Shown here: positions 31,892-32,000 of the stretch, one piece after another
How positions within the stretch are numbered: position 1 is the stretch's first letter
Layout of the letters: the number at the start of each line of letters is the position of its first letter
Source: Desulfosporosinus lacus DSM 15449
Lineage (GTDB): Bacteria > Bacillota > Desulfitobacteriia > Desulfitobacteriales > Desulfitobacteriaceae
Reading direction: 5' to 3'
Length of the DNA stretch: 32,000 bases
Assembly (NCBI RefSeq): GCF_900129935.1
Contig: NZ_FQXJ01000009.1
Coordinates: forward strand, 106,298-138,297
The notes under the pieces: model-generated
Database searches by the model: none
What the model was told of the DNA's origin: nothing
The model's input: only the letters and a program-made list of their open reading frames with translations
Program-made: the position numbers and the translations under genes

Positions 31892-32000
31892 TCATTCCTC
31901 AATTACCTCGACAACCCCATTAGTGCCATCAATTCGAATGCGTTGACCTGTCCTAATGTGTTCAGTAACCCTAACCCCCCGAGTAATGGTACCTACCACC
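31892..32000 (-). CDS. 3' end of a PEP-utilising-enzyme family protein (mobile His-swivel domain C-terminus); the rest lies beyond the right edge
   Basis: My translation is VVGTITRGVRVTEHIRTGQRIRIDGTNGVVEVIEE*. This matches the ...VVG....AT..I..G..V.VDG..G.V ending of PF00391-type domains. Only 36 aa are visible. Confidence 0.55.
   Translation of the reverse strand, partial: VVGTITRGVRVTEHIRTGQRIRIDGTNGVVEVIEE

Noticed and set aside
1-32000. CRISPR arrays, tRNA or rRNA genes, intact IS elements or integrases, recognisable riboswitches
   Set aside because: I found no regularly spaced repeat-spacer structure, cloverleaf-like segment or rRNA-like region while reading both strands. The only transposase-like sequence is the degraded Rpn remnant. 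A covariance-model scan (Rfam, tRNAscan) would be needed to exclude small RNAs formally.

Overview
The window looks like a Firmicute chromosome, probably Clostridia or Peptococcaceae-like. That placement is inferred only from gene content, strong GGAGG-type Shine-Dalgarno (SD) sites and gene order. Nearly all genes are on the minus strand, and there are four blocks. (1) 1-3830 is housekeeping: rnj (partial), efp, an M24 Xaa-Pro peptidase and aroQ. (2) 3830-11450 is a visibly AT-richer accessory island. It holds a decayed Rpn/YhgA-like transposase gene, a roughly 120-bp orphan copy of Rhs core sequence, an orphan immunity-like ORF, and a 1570-aa Rhs/YD-repeat polymorphic toxin with three CBM-like inserts, a distinct C-terminal toxin domain and an adjacent immunity gene. 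(3) 11450-21550 holds a LysM/Q-rich protein and a complete type IV pilus cluster: four minor pilin-like genes, pilB, pilT, pilC, the major pilin, pilD, a pilM-pilN fusion and a pilO-like gene. (4) 21830-32000 is an aromatic-acid module and is the most interesting part. It contains a UbiD (de)carboxylase, a DhbE/EntE-like aryl-acid CoA/AMP ligase and two UPF0261 (Tm-1-like ATP-binding) paralogs. These flank a XylR_N/V4R-GAF-PucR hybrid regulator. Also present are UbiX, an archaeal-type CTP-dependent riboflavin kinase and the 3' end of a PEP-utilising (His-swivel) enzyme. A shared inverted-repeat motif (TTAGGGrTAC-N5-7-yACCCCT) occurs only in the two regulatory regions of this module. I found no rRNA, tRNA or CRISPR. 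All protein-family calls are motif-level recognition by eye; no database search was run.
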